From a virus (lineage: Duplodnaviria; Caudoviricetes), in the IMG/VR virus record IMGVR_UViG_3300035208_001463, positions 1-64,000 of that record: a stretch of 64,000 nt of DNA; one strand, written 5' to 3'. A model generated the notes under the pieces. It had not been told where the DNA came from. It did not search any database and saw nothing but the letters and a program-made list of their open reading frames with translations. Of this stretch, positions 41,871 through 52,060 are shown piece by piece. The position numbers were made by a program, and so were the translations under genes. Positions within the stretch are counted from its first letter, which is position 1; each line of letters starts with the position of its first letter.

Positions 41871-42506
41871 TTATAACACCGGTTCCCATGCTTCTGAAAA
41901 CTCTCGCTCTTTATATAATTCGGCCAAACCAGTTACCTGTTTTAATCTTAATACTTCGTCTGGTTCCATCCCCAATTCGTGACCAATCTTTTCGTTGCTC
42001 CATCTTCTACGTGATAATTCTTGAACAATTTCACTCATACCAGAAACACTATGTTTCCCTCTCGCTCGGTTGTGCCGTATTGTGGAAGCCATACGATCTC
42101 CCCGCGCTGTGCGTTCGTTATTTACTTTCACAATGGGTAAATAACCATGCGTGCGCTTTATAACTTCTTTGCTTTCTTTACCAACTCTACTTCTATGGAA
42201 TCCGTCTACAACTTCATAGACATTGTTGGTTTCCCACGAAACCACTGGTTGCGTGTATCCGTCTTCAACAATCGAGGTTTCGAGTAATTTCATCTCCGGA
42301 TTTGCAACATTATTGGGATTATAATCGTTCTTTCCTACGATATCCGATTTAACCCATAGAACCAGATCAACGGGTTCGTTTTTCATCGGGGATGCGTCGT
42401 GAAGAATTGTTCTTATTTGGTTAAGTAAAGATAGTTGTTCATCTTCAGAATATTTAGACAATTCTTCTACAATTTCTCGCGTTTTATTAATTAAATCAGA
42501 TTCCAT
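41871..42506 (-). CDS. ibrB: IbrB/YbdM-like ParB-family protein
   Basis: EPVD.V.WV, NDYNPN.VA.PEM.LL, DGYTQP, VDGFHR, MASTIRHNRARGKH, LGMEPDEVLRLKQ. Confidence 0.88.
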   Translation of the reverse strand: MESDLINKTREIVEELSKYSEDEQLSLLNQIRTILHDASPMKNEPVDLVLWVKSDIVGKNDYNPNNVANPEMKLLETSIVEDGYTQPVVSWETNNVYEVVDGFHRSRVGKESKEVIKRTHGYLPIVKVNNERTARGDRMASTIRHNRARGKHSVSGMSEIVQELSRRRWSNEKIGHELGMEPDEVLRLKQVTGLAELYKEREFSEAWEPVL

Positions 42507-43696
42507 TTTTCTCTCCTCGTTTTCATGAGTTTCAAATATTTTTCATATGCAGATGTTTTTGTAGGGGCGAATGATAGTGTGCGGCACCAGTAATCTAATC
42601 GTAGAAGCGTTTTACAAATCCGTTTCCATGATGGATGATTATCAGTGCTTCCACAATCTCCGGGTTGTGTATCGGGAATTGTAATACCTCTATCTTTATA
42701 CCATTTTAAATATACCGATATTTTGTTTTTATAATGTTCTGAAGTTGACGTTGGCATTGAATTGAGAAGATGCATAGCGAAAGACTGCCAAGTGTGATTT
42801 GGTGGAAGTATAATTTGGTTAATACCCAATACGTTTCCTTTTTCTTTTGCATAAATGGCTCCCATATTCGCCCCGTTAACGCGCGCAACAATTTTGCCCC
42901 AAGTTTCTGGTTCGATTGCATGAAATAACCATAATCCTTGACGCTGTTCAGAACCATACGGTTCACAAATTCGCATTTTGTGTAGAGATAACCCCGCGCG
43001 ACTCATTTGATCATAGAGTTTATTGTATGGAAGATTCGTTTTTCCATGAAAGGTCCATATATCTTCTGTAGTCCAATCATAGATTGGAAATACGTTACAA
43101 ACATTATTGTTGGTTGTGGTATAGCATTTGTTATCATATGAGTGTTTAACCCCAGCATTTATAGTTCTCCATCTGTTTAGAGATTCTAGTGTACGGATGC
43201 CTATAAATGAGGCGCTGGGTGTAACATTTGAATAATAATGAAGAAACGCGGGAACGAATTCTTCAAATGTCATAGCATATGTATAGAAGGGAAAATGCGA
43301 TGTATCTGTAATAGCAATTTCGGGTGGATGTCTGACCCATATGGATTCTTTTCCTTTCTCCCACGAAATCCACTCGGGTTCAAATTGTGAAACCGCATTA
43401 ACAGTTTTTAAAGGAAGGCAAACCCAAAATGGAATTATGAGATCTTTATAAAGGTTAAACATTTCTGCGACATGAACAATTGTATATTTATATTGTGCTT
43501 CCCAATCGACAAATAAAACAGCAAATTTTTGGTTGCGTTTTTTTGCTTCTGCTGCTACGAGATGAAACATTACAGTGGAATCTTTACCACCAGAAAAGCT
43601 TACACAGATTTTCGGGAACGTATCGAAAGCCCACGCGATGCGTCGCTGTGCGGCTTCTAGTACATTGATACCAAGAGGTTGTTTCCAAGAAGACAT
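42491..43696 (-). CDS. ibrA: IbrA/YbdN-like PAPS-reductase-family protein (DUF3440)
   Basis: SFSGGKDS, GIRTLESLNR, PIYDW...DIW, MRICEPYG.EQR.GL, PSWKRICK. Confidence 0.88.
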   Translation of the reverse strand: MSSWKQPLGINVLEAAQRRIAWAFDTFPKICVSFSGGKDSTVMFHLVAAEAKKRNQKFAVLFVDWEAQYKYTIVHVAEMFNLYKDLIIPFWVCLPLKTVNAVSQFEPEWISWEKGKESIWVRHPPEIAITDTSHFPFYTYAMTFEEFVPAFLHYYSNVTPSASFIGIRTLESLNRWRTINAGVKHSYDNKCYTTTNNNVCNVFPIYDWTTEDIWTFHGKTNLPYNKLYDQMSRAGLSLHKMRICEPYGSEQRQGLWLFHAIEPETWGKIVARVNGANMGAIYAKEKGNVLGINQIILPPNHTWQSFAMHLLNSMPTSTSEHYKNKISVYLKWYKDRGITIPDTQPGDCGSTDNHPSWKRICKTLLRLDYWCRTLSFAPTKTSAYEKYLKLMKTRREKWNLI

Positions 43697-44132
43697 CCAT
43701 ATAATATATGCTTTATTAGTATATAAAAGTATTGGTAGTGAGTTAAAAACGTGGAACTAAAATATCTTATTCTCCCTCTTCCCCTCCACCGGGTCACGCG
43801 TGAACCAATAACAAACAATTTCCCGCATCGAAGTTATAGCATTGGTTTCATTTCGCTTATGACGAATGTTACAACCATACCCGGACAATCTACATTTTCC
43901 ATTGTTGTATCGTGTGCATTGGCGGATGAATTTCATATTAACACAAAATATTTTCTGGAATCATTTCCCAATTAGAAGGATCTTTTTCCATAATGGGATC
44001 TTGATATTTCTTATCGTGCATTGTAATGTCGAGGCATATTAAATATCGTTCGAGATGCTCATCTAACGTGCCTTCAATAGAATGCTTGCATTTTCGAACG
44101 CATCCATTGCATTGAAAATTAAGGGTTGACAT

Positions 44133-44426
44133 TTATTTACCCTCCAATTTACACCACATCGGAAACACACCAACTTCTCCACAATTCGCCGGAAGTATCT
44201 TATATCCAATCTCGCGTGACCTCTCCCACAATTCCTCATCGTCTACCTGATATTCATACTCATGCATGTGGTCTTCTTCATACCCCGTTTTAATTTGTGG
44301 GTGCGTGCATGTTAATTCATCGCTGTAATCATAGTGTTGTGTGCGCTTGAAATACGGGCAGACACCTTCGATACATCCAGACACAGGAATATTTTTCATC
44401 TTCTCACTCACTCCGTTATTTGACAC
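44133..44426 (-). CDS. Cys-rich protein (PxWCxL family)
   Basis: C..CP...CTHP...FPMWCKL. Confidence 0.55.
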   Translation of the reverse strand: MSNNGVSEKMKNIPVSGCIEGVCPYFKRTQHYDYSDELTCTHPQIKTGYEEDHMHEYEYQVDDEELWERSREIGYKILPANCGEVGVFPMWCKLEGK

Positions 44427-44645
44427 ATACTACTAGAACGCGTAAGTATAAAAGTCTTGTGGTTTAAGAAAAGAATGTGATTACTTTTTGGAATTTGATG
44501 TAAATTCTTTATAATGTTTTTCACAAAAGTGGAACATTCCTGCTTTGTGAGTTCCCTCTTGTCTGCATCTCCGTACATCGCAAGGTGTTTTTGTTTTAGT
44601 TGTCATAATAAAAGATTGTGTTCAAAGTATAAATAAGTTGTGATA

Positions 44646-44849
44646 TCAGGAAGAGATTTCTTCCAACCTACACCATTCCGGTATCTCCCCATGTATATCC
44701 GGTATCAAATGACGACCCAGATCGTTTTCTATATCGCTATAATTCAGTGTATGAATTCTGCAAAAAAATCTATCTGCTGCATAAGATGTACAATTAGGGC
44801 ATCGTGCACACTTATCAATTTTTTGTGTATATATCCGTGTCATCTTCAA
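44646..44849 (-). CDS. Cys-rich microprotein (PxWCxL family)
   Basis: CARCP...IPEWCRL. Confidence 0.55.
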   Translation of the reverse strand: MKMTRIYTQKIDKCARCPNCTSYAADRFFCRIHTLNYSDIENDLGRHLIPDIHGEIPEWCRLEEISS

Positions 44850-45060
44850 ACCTCCTCCAAAAACTCCTCAAAATCATCTTTCGAAAACCCATCGGTAATA
44901 TCACCCCAAGAAATATTCAGACCATAAAGATTTCCCATATTGTACATGTCTGTAACCATTCCTATAGTTCCGCGTGGTAGTTGATAAAAAGAAACTTTTG
45001 TTCTAACCTTTTTACCAAGTTTGGATTTTGCTTCTGCATGAGTGAAGTAGGTGGATGGCA

Positions 45061-45522
45061 TTATCCCCCCATGTCGAAATAAATATCAGTTAACCACTCT
45101 TCCACTTCCGATAAATTATTCCAACTGATAATTTCTCCCTTTTCCGGAATTGCATTTTCAATAGTCCCGTTTGTACAAACGTAAGCACCAACATCTTTCT
45201 TGTGGATATATGCTTCTTTACGTTTGCAACGTGTATATTTTGGATCTGCGTTTATGCGCGCGCCTTTCATAAGATTGGAAAGATGATCCATAATATACGA
45301 CGAGTTTGTAATAACTACAAACTTGCGATCTTCGGATCGTGAAATCAATCGTGTTATATGTTCGATCTCTTCGATGTGATCCCAAGGATGATATGATGAA
45401 TGTTCTGGGAAGGCCACAAATCCCCCCCTGCGCATGTTTTCTATGTCTCCAATACGATCTCTTGCTTCATCTCCGAAAAATACAATTAGTTTCTTGTTCC
45501 AATCAATATCTTCGAGTTTCAT
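45061..45522 (-). CDS. protein resembling the C-terminal half of ABC-type (AAA_15/AAA_21) ATPases
   Basis: FPEHSSYHP...FVVITNSSYIMDHL; no Walker A; GGAGG RBS. Confidence 0.5.
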   Translation of the reverse strand: MKLEDIDWNKKLIVFFGDEARDRIGDIENMRRGGFVAFPEHSSYHPWDHIEEIEHITRLISRSEDRKFVVITNSSYIMDHLSNLMKGARINADPKYTRCKRKEAYIHKKDVGAYVCTNGTIENAIPEKGEIISWNNLSEVEEWLTDIYFDMGG

Positions 45523-45906
45523 TTAATACTCCTCCTGTTCATAATTGGTAGAGCAAATTCCGAAAACGTCTTTATATCCATTTTCAAATTTACATCTTAC
45601 TTCTTCAATACATGAACTTGTGTTATTCTTACACGTCCCGCAACACCGCGCGCGATAGGATGGGAACATGATTGGTGGGGTCATGGTTTATACACCCCAT
45701 TCCCTTCGTTTAATGCTTGATCAATAGAAAGATTGATTTTCCTTTTTGTTTTCAACGGGCAATTATCAAGTGAACACCTGCATCCACTCGGAAGCATCTG
45801 ACACCCAACGTAGTTTGCAGGATAATACACCAGAGGACACTTCCTCCGGTTAATCGTTACTTCCCATTCGCGTGGGTCTTCGGGTTCCATGTGTACCATG
45901 TTTATT

Positions 45907-46290
45907 TCACTCCTTTCCATAAACTTCTTTCGATCTCTTTGCTGCTGAATCAATATCATTGAATATTTCGTATTCAACATCCCACTTGTCGGGTTTCCTA
46001 CCATCAGGAATTGTGCGATCATTACTGCCCATCACAAGTATCTCACCAATAGTAAATACCGGGACGTTGCAAAATACCATCTGTTTTTTAGTAAGATTTA
46101 TAGTGGTATCGCGACCGCGTTTTACAGCATCGGAGAAATATTCCTTCACAAGATGAAATGGTGGATTCACGATAATATTTGCTCCAACTGTGTTGGGGTT
46201 TGCATCCGGGTTGATTAACATTTCTGCACAAGAATAGTTACCGGACGAGTCATCACTTACTTTTGTGATTACTGCAAAATATGCTACCAT
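45907..46290 (-). CDS. hypothetical protein
   Basis: 127 aa ORF in a leftward operon. Confidence 0.55.
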   Translation of the reverse strand: MVAYFAVITKVSDDSSGNYSCAEMLINPDANPNTVGANIIVNPPFHLVKEYFSDAVKRGRDTTINLTKKQMVFCNVPVFTIGEILVMGSNDRTIPDGRKPDKWDVEYEIFNDIDSAAKRSKEVYGKE

Positions 46291-47404
46291 CTCACTTCAC
46301 CACCCTACGAATTACAGAATCTATTTCCACGATGTAGTATCCATCGAGTTGTGTGTAGTTGTGCTCAAGATACTCGGATTTCATGTTGTCGTAGGAACCT
46401 GTTGATAACCTCTGAATGTTACCAAGCGAATCGGATTTGATAATCCAATAATTTGTGATATTGATCCCGACGAATTTAAAGTTTCCGTTTAGGGTTTCTG
46501 GCATGTTAATTACCACCTGTCAATACGTTTGCCGCGTGTGATTTCTTCGATTGCATTCGATACCCATTCTGGCCACTCGCCATACATTTCAAAAGCAAGC
46601 ATCCCATTATATTTTTGAATCAAACCCTTTGTTCCGATTTCTTTCATTTCATACTTGAAACATTCGGAATGTTCGATTATAAATTTTTCATCAATATTGA
46701 AAAAGTAACTATCTCTATCGAAGTTACTCCATTCTGGGTGCTGTTTCTTTGCACATTCTACGATCCCGTTGATCTGTGCCTTCATACCATTTATTGCGCA
46801 ACCGCGTGGAATAATGAATGTGGTCATGTTAGATCACTCACCAAGAAACCACTTGTAATGTGCCATCATCACATTGCAGCGGTCGATTGTATCTTCCTTT
46901 TTGCAAGCATAATCAATTTCTGTGATATACTTGTAGAATTCGTCAGATACTTCAATTGTTTTCACCATCTTTCTTCACTCCTTCAAATATACCTCTCATC
47001 TCCGAGTGCAGCCATCTGCATATCGTGGACTTCGGCTTCGTGTTCTTCCTGTTCTCGTGCCTTTTGCGCTTCAAAGCATTCTTTTGCATGTACACAGTGA
47101 GCTACAAGGCATCCACGGTATTCTCCGAAACACTCTGGATGGCGATATTCATTCGTTTCGTCTTTCATGTTAGTCTTGGTCATGGATACCCCTCTGCATA
47201 GAAGAACGTTTCGAGATCGACCATTAAGTCCTGCATCTGTCGTGTAGTTAATGTTACGTGCTCTGATCCAACGGTAACTTGATATCCGCATTTGCAGGAA
47301 TACTTCTGTGGCATAGAGAATCTTACTACAGAAACTTCTTTTTCGAAATCCGATCCATTTGTGATTTTGTAGTCCTTTCTGTGAATTGTTGTGCTCATCT
47401 TCTT

Positions 47405-47614
47405 TCACTCCATCCCCTCAAATGCCGGAAGCGAGCGGTAATATTCCTTGAACTTTGCCCAAACTTTCTTCATTTCCGGAAATTCCATAACCCACGGTGT
47501 ATCTGCTGAATTCACAAGTTCATCTACCGCCCATTTTGTAGATTCGTTGTTCTCATGTGCATGAGTCATTATTACAGAATACGCTTCATCCGAAATCTCA
47601 ATTGTTTTCACCAT
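47405..47614 (-). CDS. RHH antitoxin-like DNA-binding protein
   Basis: KTIEISDEAY...ES....VDEL; first gene after a TATA+ACGCGT promoter; a short paralogous N-terminus MVKTIEVSDEFY starts at 46968. Confidence 0.6.
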   Translation of the reverse strand: MVKTIEISDEAYSVIMTHAHENNESTKWAVDELVNSADTPWVMEFPEMKKVWAKFKEYYRSLPAFEGME

Positions 47615-47745
47615 TTTTTCACAACTCCTCTAATTTTTGTATAATACTACTACGCGTCCTAACAATATAAATCTTTCTATGATTTTATACGAAACCTTTA
47701 TTAACAATCAATACCTAATACAAATATTAATATAGGTGAACAATT

Positions 47746-48135
47746 TTGGCGGTTGCAGAAACTTTTACATATTCAACAATGAATTCCACCCCTGAAGCTG
47801 TGTGGATGTTAATGGCATTGATAGCAGTATCTTTCTTTATAATCGCGTTTTCCCACAAACTACGAGATGAAGATGGTTCTATATCAACGGTGCGTGTAGC
47901 ATTCTCGTTATTCGGCAGTGTTATTTGTGGCATTGTTGCTTATCTGTCGTTAGTTATAGATGTGAATACGGGATCGCAGACCCACGCGCTTTATCAATCT
48001 CCCGTGGTTGCAATAGTGTTTGTGATATTTAGTATAATTTTGTTTGCTAATTTTGTATATTCTATTATTGCTCCAGAAATGATAAAACCAAGTAAGGATG
48101 ATTATCACTTCAAACCGGAGGAGAATAAGAGATGA
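47746..48135 (+). CDS. three-TM membrane protein (putative virion/envelope)
   Basis: Paralogous to the C-terminal domain of the next gene. Confidence 0.7.
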   Translation: MAVAETFTYSTMNSTPEAVWMLMALIAVSFFIIAFSHKLRDEDGSISTVRVAFSLFGSVICGIVAYLSLVIDVNTGSQTHALYQSPVVAIVFVIFSIILFANFVYSIIAPEMIKPSKDDYHFKPEENKR

Positions 48136-49154
48136 AGAAAATAATAATAGGATTGGTTGTTTTTTGTTTGTTTGTTGGCGGTGTTTCTGCACTTCTTCCG
48201 CCAGTTGCACCCCCAAACATCCCTATAACCGGGGATGTTAATTTCTTCTTTTGGAATGACTCTAGCGATTTTGGAATTACATATAATAAGCTCGCTACAT
48301 ATCCCCAGTTGCAGGACGAAGTTATTTATTCTGCAACTGTATCTCAATCAACTGGCGAAAAAACAATTGCTTCATTCATAAGCGAACCATTTCCAACAGG
48401 AAAAATTCTGGAACCCGGTCTAACACGATATAGAATGTATCTTAATACTTCAAGCGATGTAGGTATAACAACATTTAATTTCATACCATATAATGTAAGT
48501 TCTACTGGTATAGAAACCAGAATGTTTTTCGGAGTTCCACAAACTGTTGATATCAATACTCAAGTATCTTCCGAGTATTTAGTATCATATGCTCGAAGAA
48601 ACTATACATATTTCTTACCGGGCGAAAGGCTTCTCATAAGAGCAAATCTTTCAACAACAAGTGTTGTTAGCAGAACTGGTTATATAAGTGTTGCTGGTAC
48701 AACTGAAGCCAGTATGGTTCAAATCGGGTATTGGATGGATACACCCAACGAAAGTTACGCCTACTCACCCAACGAAAGTTACGCCTACTCACCCTCCGGC
48801 GCAACGCCATTGACCCAATGGATAGTTGTCGCTCTGACCGCAATAGCATTATTTGTATGCGCGTTTTATTTTAAAATGAGAAATGAAGACGGTGAAATTT
48901 CTAAAGAGCGCATAGTATTTTCAATAGTATCCACCGTCGTGTGTGGAATAGCAGCATATTTATCATTGGAGATTATTATACCGAGTGGGGGATTGGCGAC
49001 AAGTGTTGTATATCAGCAACCCGTGATAGCAATTCTATTCACAATGGCAAGTATTATATCCTTTGCGAACTTTATATATTGCATCACACAAAAAGATATG
49101 TTGAAACCGGAGAAGAAAGATTATAAAAATGATGGAGAGGGGGAGAGGAGATAA
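48132..49154 (+). CDS. signal-peptide glycoprotein with three C-terminal TMs (putative virion surface protein)
   Basis: Signal peptide, beta-rich ectodomain with several N-x-S/T sequons, membrane domain duplicated from 47746. Confidence 0.7.
   Translation: MKKIIIGLVVFCLFVGGVSALLPPVAPPNIPITGDVNFFFWNDSSDFGITYNKLATYPQLQDEVIYSATVSQSTGEKTIASFISEPFPTGKILEPGLTRYRMYLNTSSDVGITTFNFIPYNVSSTGIETRMFFGVPQTVDINTQVSSEYLVSYARRNYTYFLPGERLLIRANLSTTSVVSRTGYISVAGTTEASMVQIGYWMDTPNESYAYSPNESYAYSPSGATPLTQWIVVALTAIALFVCAFYFKMRNEDGEISKERIVFSIVSTVVCGIAAYLSLEIIIPSGGLATSVVYQQPVIAILFTMASIISFANFIYCITQKDMLKPEKKDYKNDGEGERR
48742..48794 (+). repeat. 24-bp in-frame tandem duplication (PNESYAYS x2)
   Basis: CACCCAACGAAAGTTACGCCTACT x2 plus CACCC. 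Confidence 0.9.
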
Positions 49155-49456
49155 TGCACGTCAGTAGTTTATTTTTTTTAGTTGTTGTAGTCACGGTATG
49201 TTTATTTGGCGGTATAATGGCTGCTGGAACCTATCAGGCAAACGCGCCGACCAGTCAACCAGATAGTTTGGGGAATATGCCTTCTCAGTCAACAAATACG
49301 ACCGCTGGAATGATCGGAAACGTAACTGCTTTCGAGCAGGAAGGATCGGGATGGATGGTTTTATTAATCGCGGTGATTATAGTAATATGTGTTATAATCG
49401 GCGGAATGGTAATGTTGCGACAAAGCAAGTTGGGTGGGAATAAGTATAGGACTTGA
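49154..49456 (+). CDS. two-helix hydrophobic protein (candidate minor capsid protein)
   Basis: TM - loop with NTT/NVT sequons - TM - basic tail. Confidence 0.55.
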   Translation: MHVSSLFFLVVVVTVCLFGGIMAAGTYQANAPTSQPDSLGNMPSQSTNTTAGMIGNVTAFEQEGSGWMVLLIAVIIVICVIIGGMVMLRQSKLGGNKYRT

Positions 49457-49460
49457 TATT

Positions 49461-49748
49461 ATGAAAAGACTTGTAATAGGATTAATGTTGATATGTTTGT
49501 TGATTGGTAGTGCAAGCGCGTGGACAATAGATGATAGAGAAAATAGAGTGGCCGGAACTGTAGATTTTTATAGTGATGGACATGGTATTTTGAATGTTAC
49601 CGGATACCCGCTTATAAATTTTAATTGGTATCAGAGTGGTGATATGATAAGAGCGAGTTATTTGTTTTATGGGATCAATGTTTATTATAATGCGAGCACG
49701 GATGAGTTGTATAGTCCGTCAGTTGAAAATGTAACATTAAAAAGATAA
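49461..49748 (+). CDS. small secreted glycoprotein
   Basis: Signal peptide MKRLVIGLMLICLLIGSASA; NVT/NAS sequons. Confidence 0.6.
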   Translation: MKRLVIGLMLICLLIGSASAWTIDDRENRVAGTVDFYSDGHGILNVTGYPLINFNWYQSGDMIRASYLFYGINVYYNASTDELYSPSVENVTLKR

Positions 49749-49791
49749 AAAATTTTTAAAACTCCGGATAAACCATCCGAACATTGTTCAT

Positions 49792-51022
49792 CTAAAATGC
49801 AGCGATGATACCCCAAACTTTAGGTTGGGGAGGAGCGCGTTCACCACCAAAAAGTATTTATACTAATAGTGTTAATATATGAATGTGATTAGGACAATTA
49901 AGTTGAAACTTAATGTTTCTTCTGATGATAAGCAATGTCTCCTGCAAACAATGAGAGATTACACTGTAGCTTTTAACATCTGCTCAAATTGGGGTTTTAA
50001 TAACCACACTGTCAGCAAGATTGACTGTCACAATGCTACTTATAAAATTATTCGACAATCTGTTCCTAATCTACCCTCATCGCTCGTACAAGGTGCAAGA
50101 GATGTTGCATGTGAATCTTTGAAAGCAGTAAAATGCCATTTCAAACCCATTCGAAAAGAACATTCTGCAATGCGATATAACCAAAGAGTTATCCGTATCT
50201 GCCTTGACTCCGGGTATGCAACCATCTCCACATCCAATGGTAGAATTAAGGCCACGTTTTGTATCCCGGAATATTACCGACAATATCTTTCGTGGAAGAT
50301 TAAATCCTCTAATATATCCCTTCGTAAGAACGATGATATTTTCTACTTGCATTGCCAACTTGAAATCGATACCCCGAAGGTAACTACGGAGCGGTCGGTT
50401 ATTGGAATAGACAGAGGCATTGTTAATATTGCAGTATGCTCTAATAATGTTTTCTTTAATGCTAGGGCGATGAAGAATACGCGTGCAAAATATGCATATC
50501 TCCGAGCCGAATTACAGTCTAAAGGCACTCGATCCGCTAAACGAAAGTTGAAAAAACTTTCTGGTCGAGAAAGACGGTTTGTGACTGATGTTAATCATTG
50601 TATTTCGAAGCAAATTATTCAATTCCCATATACAATCCTTGCACTTGAAAACCTTACTAAAATACGCGTACAGAAACGTAGAAGTAAGAAGTTTAATATG
50701 AAATTAAATAGATGGGCTTTTTATGAACTAGAACGGTTTATTCGATACAAGGCAGAGAGTCTTGGTAAACTGGTTATTACTGTTGATGCTCGTTATACCT
50801 CGCAGAAGTGTTCTGCCTGTGGTCATATCTATAAAGGCAACCGGAATGGTTCTCAATACCTCTGTCGTAACTGCGGTTTTGAACTCCATGCTGACCTCAA
50901 TGCTTCCCGCAACATCGCTCAAGATGGTATATCTGTTTTGAGTAGGCTGCCCGTCAACCAGCCAAATGTAGCATGTCCTTGACATAGTTACAAGCCCCGT
51001 CGTTTACGGTGGGGCGGTTGAC
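49792..51022 (+). mobile_element. IS200/IS605-family (IS1341-type, tnpB-only) element
   Basis: Left-end hairpin CCCCAA-ACTTTAGG-TTGGGG (49811-49830); right end GCCCCGTCGTTTACGGTGGGGCGGTTGAC; no tnpA; exact left boundary inferred. Confidence 0.85.
49879..50982 (+). CDS. tnpB: RNA-guided endonuclease TnpB
   Basis: RTIKLKL, RuvC-I GIDRG, RuvC-II LENL, TSQKCSACG..CRNCG, RuvC-III HADLNASRNI. Confidence 0.95.
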   Translation: MNVIRTIKLKLNVSSDDKQCLLQTMRDYTVAFNICSNWGFNNHTVSKIDCHNATYKIIRQSVPNLPSSLVQGARDVACESLKAVKCHFKPIRKEHSAMRYNQRVIRICLDSGYATISTSNGRIKATFCIPEYYRQYLSWKIKSSNISLRKNDDIFYLHCQLEIDTPKVTTERSVIGIDRGIVNIAVCSNNVFFNARAMKNTRAKYAYLRAELQSKGTRSAKRKLKKLSGRERRFVTDVNHCISKQIIQFPYTILALENLTKIRVQKRRSKKFNMKLNRWAFYELERFIRYKAESLGKLVITVDARYTSQKCSACGHIYKGNRNGSQYLCRNCGFELHADLNASRNIAQDGISVLSRLPVNQPNVACP

Positions 51023-51186
51023 CGATTCGGTTGTTTTCTTGTACATTTTTGTTTCCTCGTTTTGTTTGGGACTTCGGTTGTCCCTAAACATAATGTGCGA
51101 TATTAGTATTTATAACTTTTGAATACGCGTTCTAACATATATAACTCACACAAACTCTTTTATAGAATGAACCACTATGGTTATTT

Positions 51187-51438
51187 ATGGTTAAAGAAGA
51201 TACAACAAAACTTTTTACGCGCGACCAAGAGACAACCGTGAGATTCCAGTTGGCGTATGGTACGGGAATGATAATTGTCGCGCTTATCACATTTTGGATT
51301 TGCTCGCAGATATTTACCGTGGATATTAAATATGCTGTATTAGCAATCGGCATTATTCTAGCGTTGACGTGGTTCCGGGATGGACTTATGATCTTGGCAG
51401 ACGTTGCGATTAACATTATGAAGAACCGCGAGAACTAA
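51187..51438 (+). CDS. two-TM membrane protein
   Basis: Two hydrophobic helices. Confidence 0.55.
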   Translation: MVKEDTTKLFTRDQETTVRFQLAYGTGMIIVALITFWICSQIFTVDIKYAVLAIGIILALTWFRDGLMILADVAINIMKNREN

Positions 51439-52060
51439 CCACAACCTTTTTATATAAACGCGTCTAATCATAATACATGAAAATCATAGGAACATTTTCT
51501 GTTACAAACGGGATGATCCGAGCACCACCCGGTACAGAAGGACGATTCACACTTGAATTGAATAGCAATGGATCTTTTATTTATCACCCACTAAAAAAAT
51601 GTGATACAGAATATCCTTTTGAAGTTTATGATGGTAATGAATTGCTTGCTTCATTTCCTACAGAAGCAAAAGCCATCGAATATAAACTTACAATGGAAAA
51701 ATCTTGTGGGCACACCTTACGCATGAAGAAAATGTTCCCTTCTGCTGGGAAGAATGGGAAGATTGTGGGGGATTAAAAACATGATTAATCCTGCCAACAT
51801 TGGTTATTTGAAGGGTATCATCATAAAAGAACTTTCCGCCGGTCGTCAATGTGAAATAACAGGTAGTATGCTAGTTCACATTAAGAATATTGAAGATTAC
51901 GAAAGCAAAAAAGAAAAATTCGTGGGAAAATTTGGAGAGGTCATTGCCAGAACACCAATTACAATAATTGCCACGCGATTTCCACCACCGTGGGCAGAAA
52001 AGAAAATTGACGAAGTGATATGGGATTGTGACGAGATGTTACGGTGGGATGCTGATATTA

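Noticed and set aside
48742-48794. Mini-CRISPR array
   Set aside because: Direct tandem copies without spacers, in frame within a CDS
49879-50982. Cas12f-type CRISPR effector
   Set aside because: Flanked by IS200/IS605 end hairpins and no CRISPR array
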